Shown piece by piece: positions 33,140 through 46,200 of a DNA stretch of 64,000 bases. The notes below the pieces were generated by a model. It searched no databases. It was not told where the DNA came from and was given only the letters and a program-made list of their open reading frames with translations. A program made the position numbers and the translations under genes. The stretch comes from Nemertoderma westbladi (lineage: Eukaryota > Animalia > Xenacoelomorpha), in contig JAUCBJ010006881.1 of NCBI GenBank assembly GCA_032718475.1, positions 59,795 through 123,794 of the forward strand, written 5' to 3'. The stretch's first letter is position 1; the number at the start of each line of letters is the position of its first letter.

Positions 33140-33360
33140 AGAGATGAGTCCTAACTAGTGGCTAGTCCCTTTAAAGCATTGGTTCCAAAACGATAACTAC
33201 TGCGCTACCCACCCATGGCGGGATCCAACCTAATACCTCCGGTGAAATGAGAATTCAAAGCAAAGGATTTAGCCACTACACCACGGTGGGACGTTATGGT
33301 GTCCGTGAAAGGTTTCGAACCAGTTGAAGCTCGAAGGTCGCTGAGAACCAAATCACTTTC
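33140..33360 (-). ncRNA. Cluster of degenerate tRNA-like Pol III units
   Basis: Minus strand: B box GGTTCGAAACC (~33311-33321); A box TGGTGTAGTGG with B-like GGTTGGATCCC (~33213-33291, homologous to 3629-3702); A-box-like TAGCGCAGTAGTTATCG (~33191-33207). Confidence 0.4.
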
Positions 33361-34089
33361 TATTTTGGAATTTATTTTACCTCATATTTTATATTTTGCC
33401 TCTATATAATTAATTATCTCACACTGAACTTCAAATCCGCTCTACAACACTAAATTTGTAAAACTTGTATACTACCGTATGTAAACAGACATCGCTTTGC
33501 ACTTTCGGAGAGTTGTCATTATCATACTGTAGTACGAGAAGGGGACCCTCTTAGATACAAAGTGCATTGCAATAATAACTATGTTTTTATTAATCTGGGT
33601 TTTTATTTAAATTTAGCCTGTACGTTTTTAATATTCTTATAGCAACGAATCAATCAAACCTGAATCTCACTAATTCGATTCTAAAATTGTCCTTTACATG
33701 GATCAAGTTATATCTACATGCAGGTTGACACAGCACATTTCCTTAGATTTCCTTAGAGGTTTTATGCAGTTTCCGTAGCAACAAATTTAATCATTATTGA
33801 GTACTGCCTGTTAGCGTTAGAATATGTAGTACGAAAAAATTCATCCGCGTGAAATATAGATTTATATTTTTTGTAATTAAACAACAATAAATTCCCTATA
33901 AATATTTTTGATTTTCATCTCCATACAGTATAACATGGGTTGGCGAACCACAGAGACTGTTAGTTCTAGAGTTAAAGTTACAGAAAATGTAGGACGAAAT
34001 ATTCATCCGCATGATATGTCGATTTATAATACCGGTAATTACCAGAATTGTATGCGTTTATACTGTATATTAATATACTAGTTAAACAT

Positions 34090-35601
34090 AGTCACACAGT
34101 CATAGTCTGTGCCTCAGTGAGGCATACATAGTACTGTATGTGCCTCAGTGAGGTATAGTCTGTGCCTCAGTGAGGCATAGTCTGTGCCTCAGTGAGGCGT
34201 ATTCTGTGCCTCAGTGCCTCAGTGAGGCATAGTCTGTGCCTCAGTGAGGCATAGTCTGTGCCTCAGACCTAAACTCGACACTTTAGGAGTGCCTCAGGTC
34301 TTAAATCAGAGTCTTACAAATTCGAACGTCAACGAACAAATTCGAACGTTACTGTTCCACCTTGGTGTAGTGGTTGCGTTGAATTCACATCTCCCTCAGG
34401 TCATGGGTTTGATCCCCCGCATGGACCAGGACAGTATTCGTTCGGTCAGCAATAGGCCTAACTATACAAAATGCAGTATTATTGCCTAGTAACCAATTCA
34501 TAGCTTCTGTATGGTTTTCACTTTGAGACATTTCGCCCCCTAGCGGCAGACTGGGGAACTTCAGACTACTCTGTGACTCTGCAAAAGATATGGCCTATAT
34601 TGTAATAGATACCGACTGGGGGGTCAAAATTAAGTAATAATATATCTAAATAAGTCTCAAACATCTTGTCTCATGACTCTCCCCTCAGAACTCATAAGCA
34701 ATATAGCTTCATAGTTTTGCGGATTGTAAATAACAGTTAGAGAAGAAGTTAATTTTCAAATAATACGCCCTCTAGCGGCAGACTGGGGAACTTAAAGACT
34801 ACTCTGCGACTCCGTAAAAGATATGGCCTATGCCGTAGTAGATGCCTACCGAGTTTAAACCTAATCGGAATGAAAATAACAAAGTTAGAGAAGATGTTAA
34901 TTTTCAGATAATACGCCCTCTAGCGGCAGACTATGGAACTGCAGATGGCTGGATATAGGTAAGAGTAATTAGTAATCAGGTGTCGCCGAAAAGGGGGCGG
35001 GGCGCTTGGATGCATCTATTATTAAAAACCTGTTGCTTGGTTAAAGCTAATTGGGGGTCAAAGGTCAACGATAAAGCTGTCTGGATATAGATAAGTGTAA
35101 TTAGTTGTCAGTAAGGGAGCTGTATACCCTAGGGCTAAGTATAACGAGATGAAAGTCAATGAGGTCATTTAGAAAGTAATATATAAAACTAATTATTGGT
35201 AAATCTAAAATTAAATACAATTAAATAAATTAAAATTAAATACAAATAAATAAGTATTAATAAATAAAAGAGCTGCCGTGTCACTTATGACACCCTCTTG
35301 GGCCTCTAGGCGACTGTTAGACAACACTGATGACCCATTGTGTGTCAGGGCGCTAATCAGTCTGATTAATTAGGATAATCAATTAAACCCAAACTAGGAG
35401 TCATAAGACACCTATTATGATTTAATTGTACTAATTAATTGATGATACCTGTCAATTAGGGTCTAAGTAGCCTAATTAGGAGGTGTCACCTAGACATTCT
35501 GGCGCCAATGACACCCATAGGGTGATAATAGGGTGTCATATGACACCCAATGGGTGTCAGTGTGGTCTAACTGTCGCCGAGCCGGCCAAGACTCTACTAC
35601 T
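34090..35601. mobile_element. Second, more complete terminal arm of the Polinton-like long-TIR element
   Basis: Contains the palindromic 22-bp array, tRNA-like unit, three CTCF-like sites, AT-rich block and subterminal inverted repeat (35296-35349 vs 35540-35591); terminus ...ACTCTACTACT. Confidence 0.7.
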
Positions 35602-35807
35602 TATACTGTGTGTTGTAGTTTTTCTAAGTTACTTATCAAGTATCTTAGCCTGTCAGTATTCCACACTGTATTAGTCCGGGTAGGATCAGTCAGGTTATGA
35701 AAATCAAGGCCAAGTGGGGAAACTGTGCGCGAAAGGTCATCTGGCAGAGATTTGGCCTATGAGGGGGTGAAATCTAATGGTCATACAGTAACAAGTCCTA
35801 AGTCCCG

Positions 35808-36180
35808 AAGTCCTAAGTCTACATTTTGTAGACTTGAACATTCAGGACATCACGAATTCTAATTACGTGATGTTGGGAGCTTTTTAATTCATTTATATGT
35901 TCAGAAATTATCACTGATGATAATATTTGCATCTCCATGTCACATTAGGCAACCTTTGTCCTAAAATTAGAGTTTAATTGACTCGTACTCTTTTTGCATA
36001 AATTCACTAAAATTGAGCTTTTGTCAGGTGTTCGTTGCGAACATGAGGGCTAAAATTTACATTAAATAGTACTCCCGTGCTTCTAAGTCTGATTTATAGT
36101 GCTAATACTAAATAAATTGGTACGGTTTTTAATTGAGAGTACCATATTGCATGGGTCTACAAATGTAGACATTAGGACTT
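35808..36180. mobile_element. Small TIR element (MITE)
   Basis: aagtcctaagtctacattttgtagac / gtctacaaatgtagacattaggactt inverted termini. Confidence 0.55.
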
Positions 36181-39100
36181 AACGGGATAAGCAGGCTGTT
36201 AAACTGGAAAACGCCTTTGAACTGGAAGGAAGCTCTTGGTAGATATAAATTTATCATTTATCAGCTCTACAGTATCCGAACTACTGGAGCTGTCGGGCCA
36301 CTAAGTTAAGTTAAGATAAGTTCGCGGCTCGGGTGTTGCTGCTGTTTAACAGCTGCTTCTTGGTCCCGCTTGACTTGAGCCCGAGTGCCTATGATAGACC
36401 TACGGTGTTGGACTAGCTTAGGGTCTGATACTACTACTGGAGGGATGATCTTTCTTACAGTAGGAGGTGAGTTGAACTTCGGTCTCAAGCGTTCAGCACT
36501 CCTATCTGGGTCACAGATGGTTGTATCTAGGAGACTGTCTGACAGGTTTTGCTTTGTGTCAGACATGTTTGTTTGTACAGTTGAATGCCTACTGCTATAT
36601 TACAGTTAAAGCAAATCTAGTAATTCAGTATCAACTGTTAGCCTAGTAATTAATTACCGATATCGTTACTCTATGTAACGTGATATATATATACAATATA
36701 TTAGAGTACCGGTATACACTTATAGTATATATATAAGTATTATTACAGACTAGGTTTGTCACAGAATACCGGTATATAATTTCAGCACAAATATATATAA
36801 ATATATAATAAGCCTATCGTGAATACCGGTATATAACTTACACTTATAGTATATAAGTATAATTATAGACTAGAATTAATTACAGAATACCGGTATATAA
36901 TTTCAGCTCAAATTTATAGAAATAAATATAATAAGCCTATTGTAAATACCGGTATGTCAATTATTTTAGAATAATTGAATTTCTGAATTTTAGGGTTACT
37001 TGGTTACTTTACTTTACTTTATTACCGTTATTTAAGCAGTAGTCCAACTGATATTAAGACCTAATTGTTGTATGACAGGCCTACTATTTTATAAATCGGT
37101 TTGAGTTGATTTATAATATATATATACCCTTTTAATGGGTTTTGTTACAATATTTGAAATAAATGTTATTATTTCTGGGAAGGAGTCACTACACAGAAGC
37201 TGTACGCTCTCAGTGGAGTGCTACCTATTGGACACTAAAACAAATAATTCTAATTTACTAAGTTACTTATTACTACAAATTATGTACAATTGCGGGGTGA
37301 GATTACAATCTCTAAATAAACACAAAAATTACAGGTACGAATTTTTAGGGTTAATTTTACAAGAAATCTACAAACCAGCCTAACAAGGAGTAATATCTGG
37401 TTATTACAAACGGACAGGATACTACGGTATTTGAAAATAATAAAGCAGTAGTAAATATATTGCGTTGTCTAGATAGGAAAAATACCACCGTCTGACGACT
37501 TATAGCCGTATCGCTATAAGTACTACGTTGTGTACCCGGAGTGTTCCTACCTAGAAGTTAATTACCGCAGCCTACTATAGCTAACGTGCCTATTAACCAC
37601 TTTACAACACAAATATATTGCCTACACACTAACTACTTTCGGAAAGCACTATACACTAAACCCTAAATTAGGTACAAGTACTTATACAACAAATAACCAG
37701 CAGTTAAAAATACTTGTACAGCTAAAAGAACCACGGTATCTGCCGGAGTGACCAGAGCATAAAATCACCAGTCTTTACCTACGCCAAACAGCCCTGATGT
37801 AGTACCGGGGTTAATTTAACTATAACGGTATGTATAACAAGCACAATTACTGTAGGAATAAACTTGGGGTATGTATGTTGCGAATAATCGCATAAACTCT
37901 GAATAATAAATATTACGCTACCCGTACAGACTACACAAACAAAATACAAACCAAATGCTGGCAGACTACTATCAAGCCTAAATAAACTACAGTATATGCA
38001 GACTCCGAAATGGTTAGTTAGTATGCGTTCTAACCGAGTAGTACGACTTATTCTTTCGGGGGGATTTACCTTACAGCACTGGATGCCCCCACGTTCCTAA
38101 CTATTACTTTATCGGACATACACTCTATACACACTGCAATCTCTTCAGACTTAACAACAGTCAGACAACAATCCAGCCTACAAATTATTTATATAATCTG
38201 AGCAGGCTTACACGCCTTCTGCTCAATATTAACTTACAAATAAATAAAACTGACAGAAATAAGTAAAATCCCAATAAAAAACCAGGGCTGCAGTCCCTGA
38301 TTAAATATCAAGACCTACCGGTATATAATTATCAAAATCGAATAATACTGCTATACCTGTACTGCTGTAAGTACCGGTTCGGGTGGTTAGGCAGTCAGGC
38401 CTACTGGTTACCGGTCGACAGGTACTTTTCGACTTTATTGCCTACGTTGCAATAAAGAAAGCAATAACTGTTATTGTTCTTACCAGAACAATAGACAACT
38501 ATATTTATTGCCTACACTGCAATCTGAAACAGATAACTGTTATTGTTTGCGCTTTTAGACCTTTAGCAGTTTAACCTGCCAAATTTAGGTGTCTTCTAGG
38601 TTATAAATCGACTTTAGCCTATAACAAGTATTTGATACACATAAAGCTACATTAGCCAAAGCCAGCCTATGCGCGATCATTCACCCACGGTTAAGGGAGA
38701 CTGGATTCGGATGCTCTGACCTTATTGCGGTGTAGGCCTACTGTACTATTCGATTGATCATTAATATATAATCTCTGACAAATATTATTCACTTTCGGGA
38801 AATATTAACAGTTCCTTTAGGACGTGGCGCTCTAAGTATGTAAACAGAGTTATGACTTACACTAAACACAACGGGATGGCTAATGATTTACGTATAAAGC
38901 GCATTCTTTAGGAAATGCTTTGTTATCTATCACACTCATGCACACTACCGCACACTGCTGCACACTGATCTGCCGACCTTCACTCATTTTGATCATATAT
39001 AAGGAGAACAGCAACTGACACATGTAGGGTCTATGAAATAGCATTCAATTCACTCCAAAACCACTATAATGTAAGTCGCAATTGCTATATGTAACCGGTC

Positions 39101-40034
39101 TCTCTAACCTTCAGTATATCAAGAAGATTGGGGTTTTATGATTATTTATCGATATTCTCCAAATATAACAATATTCCATCAACTGATACAATTAATAACC
39201 GACAGTAAATAGCAGTAAAATAATGCGGTGTTTGTATGTGATCAGGTTTGTGATAAGTTTGAGTATGTACTGATAACAGTTATACGTTTCTATGATCAAA
39301 GCCGTTCTAATGTTTTGCTAAAGTCTGAAACACAGAATAATTCCACAGCCGATGTTCTGGGCTCAGGAAAAAAGGTAAACAAAGACCATAATGCATTGCG
39401 CGATTTCCCGGAGGCTTCTGTGCAAATAAAATGAAAATCGCTCTGATTGGTCGAGCCGAACAAAGAAAAGCTCTACGTGGACATATCAGCTGATAGATGT
39501 CGTCATCTGAACTACACTGTATCAAGAGTATTTTGGCGTATTGCGGCATAAAATCGCTAGTTATGTCCACTAAAGTACACATACAGAAAAATGGCTTTTT
39601 ATGTCCACTAAAACACCTACACAGTAAGAAAACGGCTTTTTATGTCCGCTAAAACACCTACAGAGTACTTTGCGGGAAAAATGACTAGCTACAGTCCCAA
39701 TCCCAATAAACATTAACTTGGTCGTTTTGGCGGCCAAAATGACCAAAATCACCAAAAAATTGTAGTGTATTCCTATGGGCTACTTGGTCGTTTTGGCGAA
39801 GCGATTTAACTCGAATCAGCTCAATCCAGACAGTCTGTCTCCTTGGCCATCCATTTGGTGGATCTGACTAAATGTCGGCTCGCTTTCATTTTTATTATTG
39901 ACAGATTGTTAACTTACCCGGCGCTGAGCCTTGCAGTACTGGAGTCCGCCCACTGAGGCATTGATAGAGTACACACAGTCTTATAAAAGGAGTTGAATGG
40001 GGCTTCGTTAAAGGAGGAGTATGTATAATAATCT

Positions 40035-40280
40035 GAACGTCACGAAATTAATTTATGGACGTCCGAAATTAATTTATGGACGTCCCGAAATTAATTTATG
40101 GACGTCGCGAAATTAATTTATGGACGTCCCGAAATTAACTATACTATATGGACGTCCCGAAATTAACTATATGGACGTCCCGAAATTAACTTATGGACGT
40201 CCCGAAATTAATCTATCAACCAATCAGAATCGTAATGAAATAACTAATTAATGGACGTCCATAAATTAATTTCGGGATGT
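40035..40280. repeat. ~23-bp tandem repeat (ggacgtcccgaaattaatttat)
   Basis: About 7 units plus an inverted unit at ~40252-40280. Confidence 0.85.
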
Positions 40281-40364
40281 TAATTTCGGAAATTAATTTC
40301 AATAATATTTTTTTTTATAATAAAAATTTTTTTAAATATTTTTTTACAATGTATAATTCACGGA

Positions 40365-40785
40365 CACTGCGGGGTGACTACAAAACAAAGACCCAATTAT
40401 AAAGACCTGCATAATCTTGTTACATGTGTTAACTTTCGTTAATTGTTTTGAATCCCCCGTCACGCCTCTGTAACTTGCTCCTTTACTAACCTGCTCCTTT
40501 AAATAGCAATGGTGCATAACGCTCATTGTGACCTGTACAAAACAAAGAGGTAAAGTCGCGTTACGTCCCAAAGAGCGTTAGGTTCCAAACAGCTTTAGGT
40601 CCCATTGCCAGAGAGCGTGAGGTCACATTGTCATTTAAAGGAGCAGGTTAGTAAAGAAGCAGGTTACAGAGGCGTGTTGGGGAACCAAAACAATAAACGA
40701 AAGTTAACACATGTGTTTTGTATTTGTGCAGGTCTTTATTATTTGGGTCGTTGGTCTTTGTTTTGTAGTCACCCGACACTGCGGT
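40365..40785. repeat. Foldback MITE nested in the Tc1-type element
   Basis: ~150-bp inverted arms (40365-40512 / 40626-40785); related fragment at ~61810-61872. Confidence 0.7.
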
Positions 40786-43251
40786 GTTGCGTGGGGGCCA
40801 CCTATCCACCCACCCACACTCAACTCCCAACTTCCTGGACACTAGGATACTGAGTGAAAGCGTCTGAAACTACTACAGGAACTCCATGACAAGACTATGG
40901 GCTAGCGACTAGGGACTGGCGCCCTTGAACATGTAAACTGTAGGGGCCTAGTACCTACTTTACCACCTACCTTAAAGTGACCTGTGGGACCAGCCCATTA
41001 TTAGTGAGGTCGGCATTTCTCTTTATCCTGCCGCTCTCTTTGTATTACAATAGCATACAGCTAACCAATGGCAATGGTCTCCCCCCAGTGCGGGAAAGAC
41101 AAGCAGGCTACCATTGAAATGAATAGGGGAAGGATAATATGGTGTGTTCGTGTTCCCATCCTAATGTCTGTCGTCTTGGCTCAGCTAAGCTTAAACAGAG
41201 CCACAGCCTTACAATATAGCTTTACCTAAATACACTTCCAGTGAGCCAAGCAGTAGTGGCGGGTTAGCTCCAAAATGCCCATGTAGGATTTCTTCGAAAA
41301 AGGACCATCAATAATAGTCAACCCCATCTGCTTCAATTTGAAGAAAATAATTAGATAATAATACTCATAATTAAAACTATTACATAATTATTATAACTCT
41401 AGTAAACAAAACAATATATCATTCGGGGGATGGAATATATAGGTCATCTAATTAATTGTTTAAAGATTAGCAAACAATACAGTGTAATTGAATTGATGAA
41501 ATCCATAAATAAAACGTGGATACAAAATGTAAAATCGGGATGCAAAATATAAATTTCTGAGCTAAGAAAGGGAAATTGGATACTGTACAACTTGTCTGGA
41601 TACAAGCGGTCCGTTTACCTTACAAAATGAAAAATAAACGTGCGAAATATAAAACAGTACGGAACAGTCCGGGGGGGGGGGGGGGGGGGGGGGGTTGGGG
41701 AGGGAATGTCCGGAAATCGAAGCCTTTTTCTATCTGCCAACATCCTGGGCTTTACTTACACTCAGCCTCTATTCACTGGCTGTGATTGACAAGCCAACTT
41801 GCCTCAGAAGTTCCTTTCATGAATGCCGCAATTTATATTTGGCCATTTTGGTCGTTTTGGCCGCCAAAATGACCAAGTTAATGTTTATTGGGATTGGGAC
41901 TGTAGATCCGCAAAAGCCTTTACAATATTTTCATATTCAGCTATGATGTGGAACTGGTTGACAGACCTTGTGTGGTCACTAGTTAGATCACACCGGGTGA
42001 CGTCATACTGCTATGTGTAAGACCGGTCCCCCGGTGAGCAGCATCAGACTATCTGATTACCTGGCTCTGCACGCTTGCGGAGCTGTATCACCCTTACCCT
42101 GACTGCTGGATAGCAGACCTGCTCTGTTACCGTGATACTGATACGTTGTATGATAGTATGGTTACTGTAGCCATTTTACCCATATCATATGTAACTTTAT
42201 TACCCGGTATCACTAATCATTGATATATTAATATACCAGTTACCTACGTGTCCGCGACACTTGTTCTTTTTACCCTCTGGCGGGTAAAGGATACCATGCA
42301 CCATACCAAGTAGGCCTAACATAGGCCCAATTTAGGGAATTGGAAAGTCCCACGAAATTATATATAACCAGGGTGAGGAAACCTGTAATGAAAAATATAT
42401 CTTGTAAGAACGTATGCCCACTCACTGTTCTGTATCGAGCAATGGCGTGGCAATCCATGTAGGTTGATGGTGACATTGAAACTATTGAAGACGTTGAGTC
42501 AGATGGAGTGATGGATGCTGATGATTAGAGAAAATAAGTTAGAGATACCAGTGCAACTGGAGATAGAGGTGGGAGCGGGAAGGCAGAAGTTAGAGTAGAG
42601 AGGGGGAGCAGTTATAGAGGTGGGAGGGGAGCGGATAGAGATGCAAGGGGAGTAGTTGGAGGTGCGAGGGAAAAAGTAGAGGTGCATTGGGGGTTGTATT
42701 AGGAGGTGCGTAGTTAGGGGTTCGAGAGGAGGCAGAGTGAGAAGTACAGGAATATATGTGGAGGGTGGGGATGAAACTGATATACTATTTACAGGTTTTG
42801 GGTACTGCTCTGCTAATAGTGACACAACAGTTACAAACTCGTATCGTCATATTTTGCGAATTTTCTTATAAATAGTTAATTGTTGTCATTGTGACGCTTC
42901 CTTACAAACTCCCAGATCAGCAATATGCATTCTTGGTATAATAATGCGATACCCATGCAGACGCCCCTGGTAATTTCATTGGCAATTAATCACCTTTTCT
43001 GTATACCAGTAAGCATTTCTCCCACCATAATTATATCTAATCAATATTATTTTAATTTGTAATTTTAATTAATAGCACAATATAAAATACGGAACAATAA
43101 ATAGCACATAATCCTAACACCTTTAGTGACTATACTACAATACAATTCATTATAAAATGAAAGTCTTACTTATTTTAAATTAAACATATCGCTATCAATG
43201 ATTGAATGGCATCTTCCTTAGATCTCCACACAATCATATTGTGTCTATATT

Positions 43252-46200
43252 CTATGGTGTCATCCTTAGAGCGCCATCCAACCGTATTGTCTCCCCGTTT
43301 AACATCGGATTCTCTATAATGGATTGGACCAGATGGGCGTATTCACCAGCCTTCCCTAATCGCTCTGGGAACGGTATCTGGGAGGCGAGGATTACTTTCA
43401 CTTTCTCTGGTAGTTTGGCTAGGAGTTCGGTATCAAAAAGACCTAAATCAATGAATAAGTGGCTATATATTATTAACGAGGTTTATTGTTTGCAAACTAG
43501 ATACACATTCGTGGAGCCTTTGTGCACTGCACGAGACTACATATGTACCAAGTTTGGTTTAATTTAATCAATGATTGACTTCGGTTTTTATCAAAAGTCT
43601 GAAACTACTGGTACCGACTGGCAGACTGTCTGATTTTTGTCATAACTCAGATTCTTTGTAAACTTTTGACGGAGTACAGGGATTGGAGAGACAGGCAACT
43701 CGTTAATGGAACCCATTTGTTAAGGCTTCGCTCACTTCGTGGCTCGCCCCAGATACTAAATACAAGCTGTATTAAGCAGCACTCTTTGTAACACTATCTG
43801 ATGTTGTACTAAGTCTGTACCAAATACGTAATACGAGGTCCTATTCATTAGATATGTTCCCTCCTACCTGGGGCTATTGTATTCACACGTATTTTGTATG
43901 ACGCCACATCTCTTGCCAGACACAACGTCATACTGACTAGAGCCCCTTTACTAGCGGCGTAGGCCAGCTGGCCAACTTGCGCGTCGTAGGCCGCAATGCT
44001 CGCCGTGTTTATAATAACACCCCTCTCCCCATCGCAATCCTCTTGTTGATCTAACAGCCGCATTATCGGGATTGTGAAACGGCACATATTAAATGTTCCC
44101 GTCACATTCACCTAAAACAATAACAATATGTTGGAAGTCCAAACTTAACTGTTATCATATCAAGACTTACTCTACCACACAAAACCGTCGGTTTTAATTC
44201 AATATCATACAATATCATACAATACATTTGATAAATGTATTCTGTTCTTCCTTGTCCGTAACTCACATATATCTTTAAACTGTTCTACAACAAAATATAC
44301 ATGTTCTAGAACATTTCCAATAGATACAGACTTTCTGAATGACCTAACGCTGCGTTAAGAAGGGATGTGTTTTAATACAGGTCACCCCCCACCCCCTTCC
44401 CTCATTCAGGTTGTAATGGCGTTGACTTTAATTATAATGAGTATTATTTGTGCCTGAATTTACGACCTTATAAAGTCTAGAGCGTCATTAATGAAGGTTT
44501 TGACCTAACCACCGCAAATCCAAAGCCAAAACTCAAGAAAATAGCATTGCCCAGAACGTATAAGGGCCCATCAGATGAATACCAGACTTTCTGCTGTTAT
44601 ATTTCACTTTGCAGATTAGCCCAATGTGAAGAATACCAGGTTTTCACCAAAAACACACGTTTCGGAAGGGCTGATTCTAACCAAAACAATAAACTAATTA
44701 TTATATGTACAGGTTATAAGACAGAAATGAGCGCTATAAAACACTCAATTAAGGATAAATTTGGAGAAATACAAATTCTTCATATATAAAATTCCAGTAG
44801 AATTTCGACTGAAAAGTGAAAATCTGATATTCTTCACATGGGCATAGTGAACTCGTAAAATGGGGTGACATGCACATTTTTTTTAAATTATGTCAATAAA
44901 ATTCTATGCTGTCGCAGTAACATGATAATAGCCAATGGAGAGATTCCACATTGGTCAATATGCCATGCAGTATACGTACGGTGCGGTCATCAACTCTAGT
45001 TAGGCCTTTTTTTAAATATTGGTGTGCAAAGTCACCCCTGAGTTTGGGTGACTTTGCACAGTTTTTGCTTTTTCTTATCAAAATGTTGAATTTATAGAGC
45101 TCTGTGCATAGTAAACATCGAAATGGGGTGACATTGCAAACTAACCGAATTCTTAAAATATTTGGCTAGAAAAAAACAGAATAACAATAAAACAGCGAAA
45201 ATAACTCAATAATTCAAAAGTAATTTCAATTCCAAATCAAAATGTAAATTCATATTAATATTTCGTTATATATTATAATAATATTTATATTATTATTATA
45301 GGCCTTTATTAATTAGTTTCCTAGCAGTTCAGAACGGAGTTCTGAAACACAGTTCTAACACAGTTCTGAAACAGTTTCTGAAACACAGTTCTAACACAGT
45401 TCAGAAAGTTAAGGGTGCGCCTGGTTTAAAAAAAGATCGTTGCATGCCCTTATGGTCCCGATTGGTAGTTTGTGATACATTGTCTTACCAATGTAATGTA
45501 TCGAGGTGGGTGGAGGTGTCGCGCTTCTATTGGATCATACTTTAAGACCCCCTTCGTCACTCAAACGAGGAGCGAAGACATCCTCCCTGTTAGGGAACTT
45601 CCAAACATCATTTCTAGTCGAGTTGTTTCTTTCAAGGCAACTCACATTTACCATATCCTTGTCAAGTATCCCAATAACAATTCCAATGTGCCATCCTGCT
45701 GAATCCTGAGAAATGGTTGACTTATAATAAAGTACAACCCAACGTCCAACTATCGTTGAAATATCATCTACATTTAGGGGTTCAGTAAACGTTTCTTCAC
45801 TTCCATCTACTAGCGTGGTTTTCTTGGCAACTGGCGTTTTGTTCAGACGAAGTGCATTGACCCTCTTCTTTTGCAGACGTTTTAGTTTCTTGTTCCTTGC
45901 AGCATCATTGGTTTTTTTCGACGGTGGCAAGATCTCCTTGGTGAAATCTTCAGCACAAACAGATCGACCTGGTCCACGCTTCTTCCTTTTCTTCGTTGCC
46001 ACCAGTTCGTTTGTTGGATTCCGGTACCTCTGCGCTCCTGCAAGTGCTGAAGAACTGTTTCACTTACCAGGTCAGATGCGTTCGCCACGTTGTCCTCAGA
46101 ATCTGGCAACTTACGCAAAATCTTAAAGCGGTCAAGTGGCAAGATACCACAGGTTGAGAACCCCTTCTTCAAGTTCTCATTGTGTTTCATTCTCACATAA

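Larger units (their letters stand above)
39692..41902. mobile_element. Non-autonomous Tc1/mariner-superfamily element inserted into the LTR of BEL copy 2
   Basis: ~58-bp TIRs CAGTCCCAATCCCAATAAAC... with TA duplication at 39690-39691 and 41903-41904; removal rejoins the LTR. Confidence 0.9.
36262..41924 (-). mobile_element. Diverged, 3'-truncated second copy of the BEL/Pao family (5' LTR + leader + gag N-terminus)
   Basis: LTR starts TGTAAAGGCTTTTGCGGATC at 41924, is split by a DNA transposon and ends at 38544. Leader is colinear with 11415-13572; gag MSDTKQNLSDSLLD at 36566. Confidence 0.92.

Noticed and set aside
42014-42310. Possible solo LTR (also ~61280-61792)
   Set aside because: TG...CA-like ends and a terminal hairpin are suggestive, but no TSD or second copy could be established.
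42499-42825. Pro/Ser-rich ORF
   Set aside because: Low-complexity purine-rich tract with no homologous motif recognised.
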